A stretch of 63,566 bases of DNA, counting the filler, from Lenisia limosa (Eukaryota; Protista; Breviatea), in the NCBI GenBank assembly GCA_001655205.1. It is 12 parts of 12 records of this genome, joined end to end, with 100 filler letters (N's around TTAATTAATTAA, not from the genome) between each part and the next. Parts side by side here need not be neighbours in the genome. Positions count along the whole stretch, not along the records: positions 8,627 to 12,639 come from LPNZ01008016.1; positions 12,740 to 18,385 come from LPNZ01011646.1; positions 18,486 to 21,363 come from LPNZ01005064.1; 9 more parts are not named here. One strand, given 5' to 3'. The position numbers were made by a program, and so were the translations under genes. Below, piece after piece: positions 8,741 to 18,624 of this stretch; position 1 is the first letter of the stretch; each line of letters opens with the position of its first letter. The notes beneath the pieces are model-generated. The model was not told the DNA's origin, did not search any database, and saw nothing but the letters and a program-made list of their open reading frames with translations.

Positions 8741-11700
8741 CAGGCTATATTGGTACATGGGGTCCACAGCAGCGAAGTCCGTCGCTAAGAAGAACAATGT
8801 CGCGGCCCGGTCTGAGACGACCTGATAGCCTCCACGCGTCCTATCAATTTCCTCTTCTGTGTGTTCGGATTCGGCAACCTGGGGGGGGGGGGGNNNNNNN
8901 NNNNNNNNNNNNNNNNNNNNNNNNNNNNNNNNNNNNNNNNNNNNNNNNNNNNNNNNNNNNNNNNNNNNNNNNNNNNNNNNNNNNNNNNNNNNNNNNNNNN
9001 NNNNNNNNNNNNNNNNNNNNNNNNNNNNNNNNNNNNNNNNNNNNNNNNNNNNNNNNNNNNNNNNNNNNNNNNNNNNNNNNNNNNNNNNNNNNNNNNNNNN
9101 NNNNNNNNNNNNNNNNNNNNNNNNNNNNNNNNNNNNNNNNNNNNNNNNNNNNNNNNNNNNNNNNNNNNNNNNNNNNNNNNNNNNNNNNNNNNNNNNNNNN
9201 NNNNGGGACTGAGGGGTCAGAATGTTCCTTTTTGATATTCAGTCTTTCACAAGGGCTTCCCTGGTCCGAATAGACCGGTAAAATACCGATATTTGTCCCA
9301 GAAAAAAAAAAAACTGAACTTCTCAACCCCTGATAATCCTGACAGAGTTGATAATCATCCAACCTCGTCGTCGAGTGGGTTGCCCTGGGAGTTGGCGAGA
9401 AGGAGCAGGATCTTCTCCTCGATTTCAAGGAGCTCCTTCCGCATTTGGGCGTTGAGAACAACCAATCGGGCCTTCATCTAGGGGTGGGAGGTAAATTGGA
9501 AAATTTATGAAATCAAAAAAAAAAAAAAAANNNNNNNNNNNNNNNNNNNNNNNNNNNNNNNNNNNNNNNNNNNNNNNNNNNNNNNNNNNNNNNNNNNNNN
9601 NNNGCCAATGTAGGAAAAAAACACACACACACAACCTCCAAAGTAGATATCATACTATAACCAATTTCCTTTTAATTAAAAGAAAAACAATTCTCATCCT
9701 TAAAAAACAAAACAAACAAAAACAACAACAAAACAAAAAAAAATAAATAACAGACCTCCTCGAGATCCGGCCGCTCCTCCTGGACAACAAGGGCCAAGAG
9801 CTGATCTGTAAGCCCGGCATGACTCAGCATGAAGTTCAGAACAAGAACCTGGGGAGTAAATTTGGAAAATTTATGAGAAAAAAAGCTCTAAATGAACTCC
9901 GTTGGCTGACAACACACGAGAGTTAAAAAAACAACAAAACAAAGCCCAGGCCAGTCGCTTATGCAGCACCGCATCACGACTAATATTGGAAAATTTATGA
10001 CACAAAAGCTCAAAATAAGCTCTTTTGGCTAGCAACACATAAGGATCGGGGAGGGTGAGCAGTGAAGGTAGGGGAGTGAAGTTTGTTGAACAACAATCTA
10101 CAAGCTATCCCCTTAACATCCCTCTCTAATACCTTACCCCCTTCCTCCCCATCACTGCAATGGTTTGTAACTGTTTGATACTTTGTATTATCTCAGGGTT
10201 TTGTTTCTCTCTTGTTTCCAAAACAAAAGCAGTATTCTCCCCCCCCCCCCGGNNNNNNNNNNNNNNNNNNNNNNNNNNNNNNNNNNNNNNNNNNNNNNNN
10301 NNNNNNNNNNNNNNNNNNNNNNNNNNNNNNNNNNNNNNNNNNNNNNNNNNNNNNNNNNNNNNNNNNNNNNNNNNNNNNNNNNNNNNNNNNNNNNNNNNNN
10401 NNNNNNNNNNNNNNNNNNNNNNNNNNNNNNNNNNNNNNNNNNNNNNNNNNNNNNNNNNNNNNNNNNNNNNNNNNNNNNNNNNNNNNNNNNNNNNNNNNNN
10501 NNNNNNNNACAAAGCAATGGTAACTTGTTTATATTTCCTAGATTTCGCAATGAATCTCCTCCCACCTTAATGACGGTATTTCCTCCTTGCACAAACGTCT
10601 GTTTGAGCAGGACGGGCTCGAGGGTCGGATCTAGGGACTCTCCCACACCATGAACCAAAACGGCCCGGCCGAATCTGAGGGAGTAATTACCAGAAAATTG
10701 TCTTGGGGCTGAGTGGATACAAAAACGCTCAAAAAGCAATCCACTATAATAATACAATAATANNNNNNNNNNNNNNNNNNNNNNNNNNNNNNNNNNNNNN
10801 NNNNNNNNNNNNNNNNNNNNNNNNNNNNNNNNNNNNNNNNNNNNNNNNNNNNNNNNNNNNNNNNNNNNNNNNNNNNNNNNNNNNNNNNNNNNNNNNNNNN
10901 NNNNNNNNNNNNNNNNNNNNNNNNNNNNNNNNNNNCTTGTCAGAGGGCTTGAACATGTCCAGTCCGTTCGCTTTCTCCATCGACCTCACCCACTGCGGAA
11001 GTGAATATATGAAACAAAAAAAAGAAGCCCAAAATCAATTCTAGGAGAGAGAGGAACTGTAGTGAAACAAAAAAAAAAAGGGGAGGAGGGTGCAAATCAA
11101 CTATGTTGGCTAAGCATTTGAGAAGCAAACAACACTCAGGTTGTTTAATGTGACTTATGTCACCCGAAGTAGACGATTGCAGCGTCCCTCATATTCCAAC
11201 CTTAGTTGCCTGGCCCTGAGGGTCAGCCAGTAGAGGCCAGCGCTTGGAGTTGGCCATAATGATAGCGTTCTCAGTTGATTGTCTGTCGCGAGGCAGACCT
11301 GCCACTGTCCACTCCCGGATCTGTGGAGGGGGGGGGGGGNNNNNNNNNNNNNNNNNNNNNNNNNNNNNNNNNNNNNNNNNNNNNNNNNNNNNNNNNNNNN
11401 NNNNNNNNNNNNNNNNNNNNNNNNNNNNNNNNNNNNNNNNNNNNTGACAACACGTCAGGATATAGGGGGTACAACCGTGGCAAAATGAGAAAAATAATGA
11501 ATGTATGTTATGAAACAGCTGAGTACCCCCAGATAAACAATTAATTACCCCCACCCCACCTTTACGGGGTCACCCAAAACGGAAAGCAGGTCACAGCCCG
11601 GGGTGTGTGGCACTCCATTGTCGGATAAAGACTGCACCCAGGTTTTGTTAAGCGCAGTTCTAGAGTGAGGGTGAGTGTGAATAGAGCCTCAACCACGATT

Positions 11701-12639
11701 CTACAAACGTATGAATTCTCGAAATCCTTGATACATCCTCGATAAATAGTTATTTGATTTATGGATCCAGGATTGAATCTATACGTTTAAATATCGATAT
11801 TTATCGAGGATTTATCTAGAAATTCAGTCTTTTTGGGACCGTAGGGAATCCCTAGCCCTACCTGAAGCCCTCATTGAAAGCACCATGATAGGCCACAGAG
11901 GCGGCGGCGACAATCATATCACCAACAAGGCAGTCCAATTCAGCCTGGAGGGTAGGGGTGGGTAAAATAGAAATTTATGAAAAAAAGGTTGTAGGGTAGG
12001 TCAGATAATGGTATGATTTTGCCTAAGACGAGAAAACAAAAAGAAATGGAATCCCTAGATTTCTAATGTATATTGTTTCTCTTGTTACAAAAAATGGTAT
12101 CGTTCAAATGACACCCTTTATGACCCTTCGAGTTACCCCCCCCCCNNNNNNNNNNNNNNNNNNNNNNNNNNNNNNNNNNNNNNNNNNNNNNNNNNNNNNN
12201 NNNTCCACCCAAAAGCTTCTCGGCTCTGCGGTGTGAAGATGGAAAATTTAGGGAACAAAAAAGTTTTTAGAAGCAGACGTAAGTTAAAAAACAGTTCTAT
12301 TACAACACAGGTATCCACTCAGAATATCAAACACAACAATACTTTTTTTATCGTAATAACAAATTCTCGATTATAGTCCTGCCATATCGTAGCAAAAAAC
12401 AAGTAACGTTTTGACTGCCTCTCTACAAAGCTCAAAACAAAACAAAACCCCCGAAACCCCTCAAATCAACTCTGTTGGCTAAGCAAGCTTTTCAGGTGGT
12501 ATCACTATGGAGCATTTTAAATACCTAGATTCTTTTTTTTAAAACCCCAGCCGAAACCGCGGCTGGAACCCACCTGTCAAGCTTCCTTGTGCACTCGTTC
12601 ACCTTGGCAGCAAGGTCGTCTTGTCGGGCTACGGACTCC
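8741..12639 (-). CDS. DNAH1: Axonemal inner-arm dynein heavy chain fragment (stalk end, AAA5, start of AAA6), DNAH1-like
   Basis: Exons read IREWTVAGLPRDRQSTENAII..RWPLLADPQGQA, MEKANGLDMFK, RFGRAVLVHGVGESLDPTLEPVLLKQT, GLTDQLLALVVQEERPDLEE, NAQMRKELLEIEEKIL..GNPLDDE and DPMYQYSL. The dynein call is secure; the subfamily is from remembered similarity only. Confidence 0.85.
9849..9975 (-). repeat. Intronic module D (dispersed, ~120-170 bp), here ending at the acceptor
   Basis: Sense consensus gatgcggtgctgcagaagcgactggcctgggctttg..aaccctcgtgtgttgtcagccaacagagttgattttg..cataaattttccaattttac-Cn-AG. Other full or partial copies near 11090, 12460, 18740, 20680, 27040, 31049, 42500, 46050, 46781, 56400, 56776, 57225, 58025, 59063, 61767 and 62660. 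Confidence 0.9.
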
Positions 12640-12757
12640 NNNNNNNNNNNNNNNNNNNNNNNNNNNNNNNNNNNNNNNNNNNNTTAATTAATTAANNNNN
12701 NNNNNNNNNNNNNNNNNNNNNNNNNNNNNNNNNNNNNNNAAAAAAAAAAAAAAAAAA

Positions 12758-12758
<1 letters not shown>

Positions 12759-12808
<50 letters not shown>
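12759..12808. repeat. (GA)n microsatellite
   Basis: Direct reading. Confidence 0.95.
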
Positions 12809-12811
<3 letters not shown>

Positions 12812-12869
12812 CGGACCATAATCATCAATGGACAGAGTATGCTATTTCTGTGATACAACATTTGATTAA

Positions 12870-13294
12870 GGTGGTTCAGTCCTTTTTTGATTTTGGAAAG
12901 TAGTAGTCAAAGTGTGGCAAAGCCTTTGGATAATTAAAACACCCCTGACATGGAAATTCTAAACATGGTGATAATTGCCTGGAATATGCCGAACAGAGGC
13001 TATATGAGGCTAATACTGGAATATATCGATGATGTGTAAATGTTGGTTTTGCGTTGTCACTTAAATAATTCAAATTCCTCAAGTATCCCAAAAAGGTGAA
13101 AAAAGCGAAGCCGAAAACATCTAAAAGGGGAACACCTTGGAAGTCGGGAAAATGGGCATTTTTACGTTTTTCTAACCGAAGTTGCTTCATACAGAAAAAT
13201 TACCCTGCGCAATTGTCCCGAAGGGTCTTTTTAATTACTTACCGCGCTTTTATGACCATTTTCCAAAATAATAATAAAAAAGGACTGAACCACC
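12870..13294. mobile_element. Non-autonomous TIR element, Kolobok-like (TTAA target, GG...CC termini)
   Basis: The left end is TTAA|GGTGGTTCAGTCCTTTTTT..ATTTTGGAAA and the right end is TTCCAAAAT..AAAAAAGGACTGAACCACC|TTAT. A homologous right end followed by a perfect TTAA lies at about 37375-37477. Confidence 0.75.
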
Positions 13295-13772
13295 TTATCA
13301 TCAGCCTGTGCATAGTTAGTGCCTCCGGACCGGACCGGTTCTCTCTGATAGTCATCAAAAGGCCAGACGGATCGGACCGGGGCCGATGTCCAGTGAATCA
13401 CTATGCAGAGTCTGGTGTTTGTTTTAGTGATTTGGCTCCTAGGTGGCGTAATGATTGGGCTTAGTGTACTATTTTTGTGATAATGTTATTAGTGTGTAAA
13501 GCTAGGTGTACTTCATATCATATAAAATGCCATTTTCTTTTTAATGATTTTAGTGTGTGTCCAGCAGGAGAGAGGTACTTCGGAGACGTATGTGTACGTA
13601 TGCTGGGNNNNNNNNNNNNNNNNNNNNNNNNNNNNNNNNNNNNNNNNNNNNNNNNNNNNNNNNNNNNNNNNNNNNNNNNNNNNNNNNNNNNNNNNNNNNN
13701 NNNNNNNNNNNNNNNNNNNNNNNNNNNNNNNNNNNNNNNNNNNNNNNNNNNNNNNNNNNNNNNNNNNNNNNN

Positions 13773-15190
13773 AAATAGTGCTGGAAACTGAAGAGGCTGT
13801 ATTACGTCAGCAAAGGGGGTAGTTTCTTCAGGGTCTCCTAGAAACTGAAAAAATACTGATAAAATACTGATAGAAGACTGATATTTTTCGAGTATTATTT
13901 GAGAAATTCCGTCTGTTTTCAGACCAAAGTAAAACCGCTCTTTTATCGATTTAGGATTCGCTGAAAGGGCGGAGGACGTTATCGCTTTGCCCCGAATTCG
14001 AGACGATGTGTATGCTGGGTTCTTCCTGATTTTTTTTGGGAATATGCAAGATGCTTAGACCACATTCATTAGATCTGACTGAAACATTTTTTCCCCACCT
14101 TTGAGCTGGTTAACAACTTTGATCTTGAATTATAAATAAACACAACTTTGTCCGTGAAAATAAGCTGTGAATACGTTGGAAATCAATCTTTCTTGCGGAG
14201 GCCCAAGCCCATTTTGGTACACTAAAATTGCAGTTAGAGAAACAGCCTCCAAAATTTCCTGTTTTCCAACTGCAAAACAATTTACTAGCTGCTTGACAGT
14301 AATTATGTCATCAGTAATGTTAAAGTAGCTTAATTTACAGCTTCAGAAAGAGTAAACTCTTCAAAATTGATAGATTTAACCCATTCTGGTTAGTCATTGC
14401 AGTCAATATCAACCTTGTTAATAGAATCCAGCAAACAGAAGACTTCTGGGAATTGAACTCAGCTGTTTGCGACCACAAACAATCAACAGGACCACTGGAC
14501 TAACCCTCCTTGTTGTAAAGCTGAAAAAAGGAATCCCAAGCAAAAGGCGTGCTACTTAAATTAAAAAGTTCAGTTTAGTTCAGTTCCGTGAATTTACAAA
14601 AAAAAGGGCTTTTGTAGTCGGGTGATTTTATACAATTTGCTGTTATTTTGAATCAAAATGGACGATACAGGTCAAAGTTAGCTAAATACAGACCATGAAT
14701 TGGTCACTGTTTTAAAAACAAGTACCCTAGAATTCACACTCAGGTTTGGAGTCACACTCAGGTGTGGTGCCTTACATGATTGGCAATAATAATGAGACCA
14801 TCTTCATCTTTATAATACAACGAGAGAACTGCTTCTTGCAAAGTTAAATCAGCAAAGTTATTTGCCATTCAGCTGGCACCTTCAACTGGTTAAAGTTCAC
14901 CTAAGGAGTAAAACAAGACAATAAACATACCATTAAAAAAAAAAAAAANNNNNNNNNNNNNNNNNNNNNNNNNNNNNNNNNNNNNNACACTGTCACCCAC
15001 TCGGCTATCTACGCAAGGCTCTGAAGCAAAAAAGGTTCTGAGCAAGAGACGCTCTACATGAAAGGCAAAAGTTCAGTTCAGTTCAGTTCCGTGAATTGAA
15101 GAAAAAAGAACAAATGATATTGTATTTTTGGGTTTATTCATAACATTTTTATCTGTGTTCACACTCAGATAGGGCGCCTTTTACATATAA
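13773..15190 (-). pseudogene. Degraded relatives of the adjacent pogo transposase (two 5' ends, frameshifted)
   Basis: PEWVKSINFEEFTLSEAV..FSVPKWAWAS..LIFTDK| aligns with PEAFKTIDCSKLSLKDAI..LNLPEWANTS..LIYSDK| of the 17.5-kb copy and shares its donor position. A second fragment reads MANNFADLTLQEAVLSLY. Stops and frameshifts are present. Confidence 0.6.
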
Positions 15191-15347
15191 GTTGGTACAC
15201 CGGAACCCGATCATATACCTGAATCCGATCATATTTACACTTTTTCTTTTTTCAAGACCCCTTTTCAAGAATATTATGAGTTAATGAAGGTGCAACAGTG
15301 AAAAGCAGGCAAGGTAACTCAAATCAATACATTCAAAACAAGTGCTA

Positions 15348-17552
15348 TTACTTTCCTCTTCCTCGACCTCTTCCTCTGCCTCGTCCAGTGGTGTCAGCTT
15401 GTCGTATCGCCCCAATGACACGATTAGTTGCTTCCTCAATCTGTTCTTGTTCTTCAGCTTGCTTAGCTTCTTTTCGATGATTCTTGTTGCTATGAGCTTC
15501 TTCCCTCAAACGCTTGGCCATAATTCTTTTGAATGCTTCAGCTTCTGACTCAGGAACAATACTTTCGCCACGAGGCTGCCGAACTGGGGTAGATTCATCA
15601 CAGTCAACAGTGGGATCTGAAGTGAATAAGAAACGACTATTTGTCGAAGGTAACTCATTCTTTTTCAGTAACTCTGAATACTGTTTTTGAGCCTCAAGAG
15701 TTTTAAAATCAGCAAGGTCCCTCAGAGAGACAACAATATCTGTTGGAGATGAATAAGTATGCTTTGCAATCTCAGAAGATTCTAGTGACTTGCGTCTTGG
15801 AGGGGTTAGAGGACATGTAAGACATTTCAAATAATTTGTTCTTGATAGTACCCTCTCAGGATCAATTTTTAGTTCACCATTAATAACCAATATGCCAGCA
15901 TTTCTAAATCCAGCGCGAATATTGTCAGGATCAGTGGATTCAATGCAAGATTTACAAGTCGATTTAATCACAGCACAACGAACAGATAATGCTCTATTGG
16001 GAGTATTTGGAGGGATTTTGGATCTCTCCTTATAAAATTGCTAAGAGAATTTCTTCTTTAGCCTCCATATGGACCAACATCCATAGCTTGTGTAATATAA
16101 GAACTATGGGATGCAATCTGTACAACTCGAATCCGATTCTCCAACAGCAAATTTCAAGCAGCAGGGCAAGACCTTGAAGAATGCCCATCTAACTTCAACA
16201 AAGCGGTATCATTTTCCTCAGTCAAACTCAAATCCTTTCTTGCAGTATTATAATGTGGAATCACAACAGTATCAACCCATTTATAGAAGGTGTCTGTTCC
16301 CTATAGTGTTAATAGCAATCTCACAATCATCTTGAAATAAGAATCTTCCCACTTACCATCCACCCTTTGGGCCCGAAACAAATGACGCCATTATAGTCAT
16401 TAATAATTTGCATTTCTTTGTTAGTTGCATGTTGTTTTTAAATAATAATGAAAGGACGAAATCTGCTTCCATTGGTTCTACAAAATTAATTTGAATTATC
16501 CAAAACAGACAGTTGTCCTACAATCCACCATCCATCAAGGTTGTGTGTTCAATTTTACCACAGCTTTTCTTCATTGCTTCAGATTTTGCTCCATATTTTA
16601 AACCTTCACCTTACTGTCATCAGTAACATCATTAAAGGTTTCATCTGCATTCGCTATCAACATTGGATGAATATCATGACATTCAAGAACTTTAAAAAGC
16701 GAACCAAAATATTGTTGAACTTTTGAAGGCAATTCGTCTGACATGTATGTCTCTTCAACATACCTTGGTTTCTAAAACAATCATTGCCGGAGTCTATGCT
16801 TGAATAAATCCCACAACAAACCCCAAATGTCAGATCCAGTTCTTTATTCTGTCCAATGAAGCCTTCCAACCACTTGTTGGTGAAATTCACCGAAGGACGA
16901 TCAGGGTAGGTGGAACTGTAAAACTCCTCCGCCTATTTTCGTCAAAGAATGATACAGCAGAAATATTACTACAAACCATTTCAATTATATCATTCTTTGC
17001 GAGGGCTTCGTTATTGAACCTTCGAGATAAAACTTGAGCAAGTAGAGTAAGCTCATCACCATTGCTCAACAACCTTTGAACGCCCTTTGCCTTTGGTGTA
17101 ATACCATCACCTAACTTCGAATAGTAATGAACGGTTGACTGAGCAATCTCAAATAATCGGGCTACCATACGTTGATTGAAAAAATGTCCGCAAGGACCAA
17201 GAATGCGGCGTATAGCGTTCACCTGAAATACTGTAAGGTTAAACGACATGACTAACCTTATCTGAGTAAATAAGATCACAGTATCCGATTTTCTTTAGGT
17301 GCCTGAATGAAGTGTTCGCCCACTCAGGCAAATTAAGATTGTCTGATATGATATTCAGGACATTATCTTTTTCGAGAGACAAAATTTTTGTGATTTGTAG
17401 GACAGAGCAATGGTCCTCCGCATTATTAAATAACTTCAATATAGCATCTTTAAGTGATAGTTTTGAACAATCAATTGTTTTAAAGGCTTCTGGAAGTAGT
17501 TTTGGATCATGTGCTACCTTAAGCAAGATTAGATAGACGTTGGGCTTACCAT
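15348..17552 (-). pseudogene. DDE_1/CENP-B-like transposase with short introns, probably inactivated by frameshifts
   Basis: HTH-like region (VARLFEIAQSTVHYY; FTNKWLEGF) and catalytic motifs IANADET, GPKGWM, LLKLDGHSSR and HSSYITQAMDVG. Introns at 17549-17518, 17256-17223 and 16976-16933, with more downstream. The frame breaks after DDSKVKV. Confidence 0.85.
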
Positions 17553-17565
17553 TTTTTTTAAAAGT

Positions 17566-17632
17566 GACCAAGATGGGGATCGAACCGAGCTCCGTGGCTC
17601 CAAAGACGACGTATATTCCACTGAATCAATGC
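17566..17632 (-). tRNA. Degenerate tRNA-like sequence (pseudo-tRNA / Pol III A+B box) inside the transposon
   Basis: GCATTGATTCAGTGG (A-box-like, resembles the 5' end of tRNA-Gly) ... GGTTCGATCCC (B box), followed by TTTT. The acceptor and T stems do not pair well. Confidence 0.45.
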
Positions 17633-17866
17633 GATTTATAAGAGAAAAATAGGTGAAAAGGCGCTCTACTTAAAAGTCCAGAGTTCACTTCAGTTCGGTT
17701 CTCAAAATATACGAAATTAAAAAATATTGACATTCCATTTTCTGATTATATTAGAAGCATTTTGATCTTTACTAGAGCAGTTTTGGTTCAATTTGCGTTG
17801 ATTTAGATTGTTTATCTGTGAATAGTGATCGGATTCTGGTGTATGATCGGGTTCAGGTGTACTTAC

Positions 17867-18301
17867 CCCTTCTGAGCTTCTTCACCTTGCCTTTTTTGAC
17901 TCTTCTGAGCTTCTTCACCTTGCCTTTTNNNNNNNNNNATTTTTTGACTCTTCTGAGCTTCTTCACTTTGCCTTTTTTGACTCTTCTGAGCTTCTTCACN
18001 NNNNNNNNNNNNNNNNNNNNNNNNNNNNNNNNNNNNNNNNNNNNNNNNNNNNNNNNNNNNNNNNNNNNNNNNNNNNNNNNNNNNNNNNNNNNNNNNNNNN
18101 NNNNNNNNNNNNNNNNNNNNNNNNNNNNNNNNNNNNNNNNNNNNNNNNNNNNNNNNNNNNNNNNNNNNNNNNNNNNNNNNNNNNNNNNNNNNNNNNNNNN
18201 NNNGTGCCAAACCTGCCTTGACAACATGACGCCTCATCTCAACAAAGTAGGGATCCAGATTTGTGAGGCAAATGATTGGGAGACGCTTATTCAATGTCTT
18301 T
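17867..18301 (-). CDS. Exon(s) of an unknown host gene containing a 33-bp tandem repeat, ending at a GTAAGT donor
   Basis: Open frame KTLNKRLPIICLTNLDPYFVEMRRHVVKAGLA, then a gap, then repeats of aagagtcaaaaaaggcaaggtgaagaagctcag and GAAGGG|gtaagt. The frame across the gap is uncertain. Confidence 0.45.
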
Positions 18302-18624
18302 GATAAGTGTGATATGTGGACGGCTTATATGGGGGGGGGGGGTTATGCCTATATCATTATATATAATAGCTGTACTATACATGTANNNNNNNNNNNNNNN
18401 NNNNNNNNNNNNNNNNNNNNNNNNNNNNNTTAATTAATTAANNNNNNNNNNNNNNNNNNNNNNNNNNNNNNNNNNNNNNNNNNNNTGATCGCATTCATAC
18501 TGGTGATCGCATTCATACTGGTGATCGCATTCAGACCGGGGTACTTATATATTATATGTAGTAATAATAGTTTATAAAATATTAGTATTTATTTTCATTA
18601 TCCCCCCTCCCCACTCTCCATTAG

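Larger units (their letters stand above)
15198..17859 (-). mobile_element. Full-length pogo/Tigger-type (Tc1-mariner superfamily) DNA transposon
   Basis: TIRs CACC(G/T)GAACCCGATCATA(T/C)ACC(T/A)GAATCCGATCA start at 15198 and, inverted, end at 17859. TA flanks both ends (15196-97 and 17860-61). Confidence 0.9.

Noticed and set aside
8797-9273. ORF-track entries consisting largely of X
   Set aside because: They are open only because they cross N gaps.
841-12639. Ciliary gene cluster (CFAP100 near dynein)
   Set aside because: The two genes are on different scaffolds joined by an artificial linker.
14300-14400. In-frame TAA suggesting a TAR=Gln genetic code
   Set aside because: The same region also has frameshifts, so it is a relic. 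CFAP100 ends in TAG, and the host exons I translated use CAA/CAG without internal TAR.
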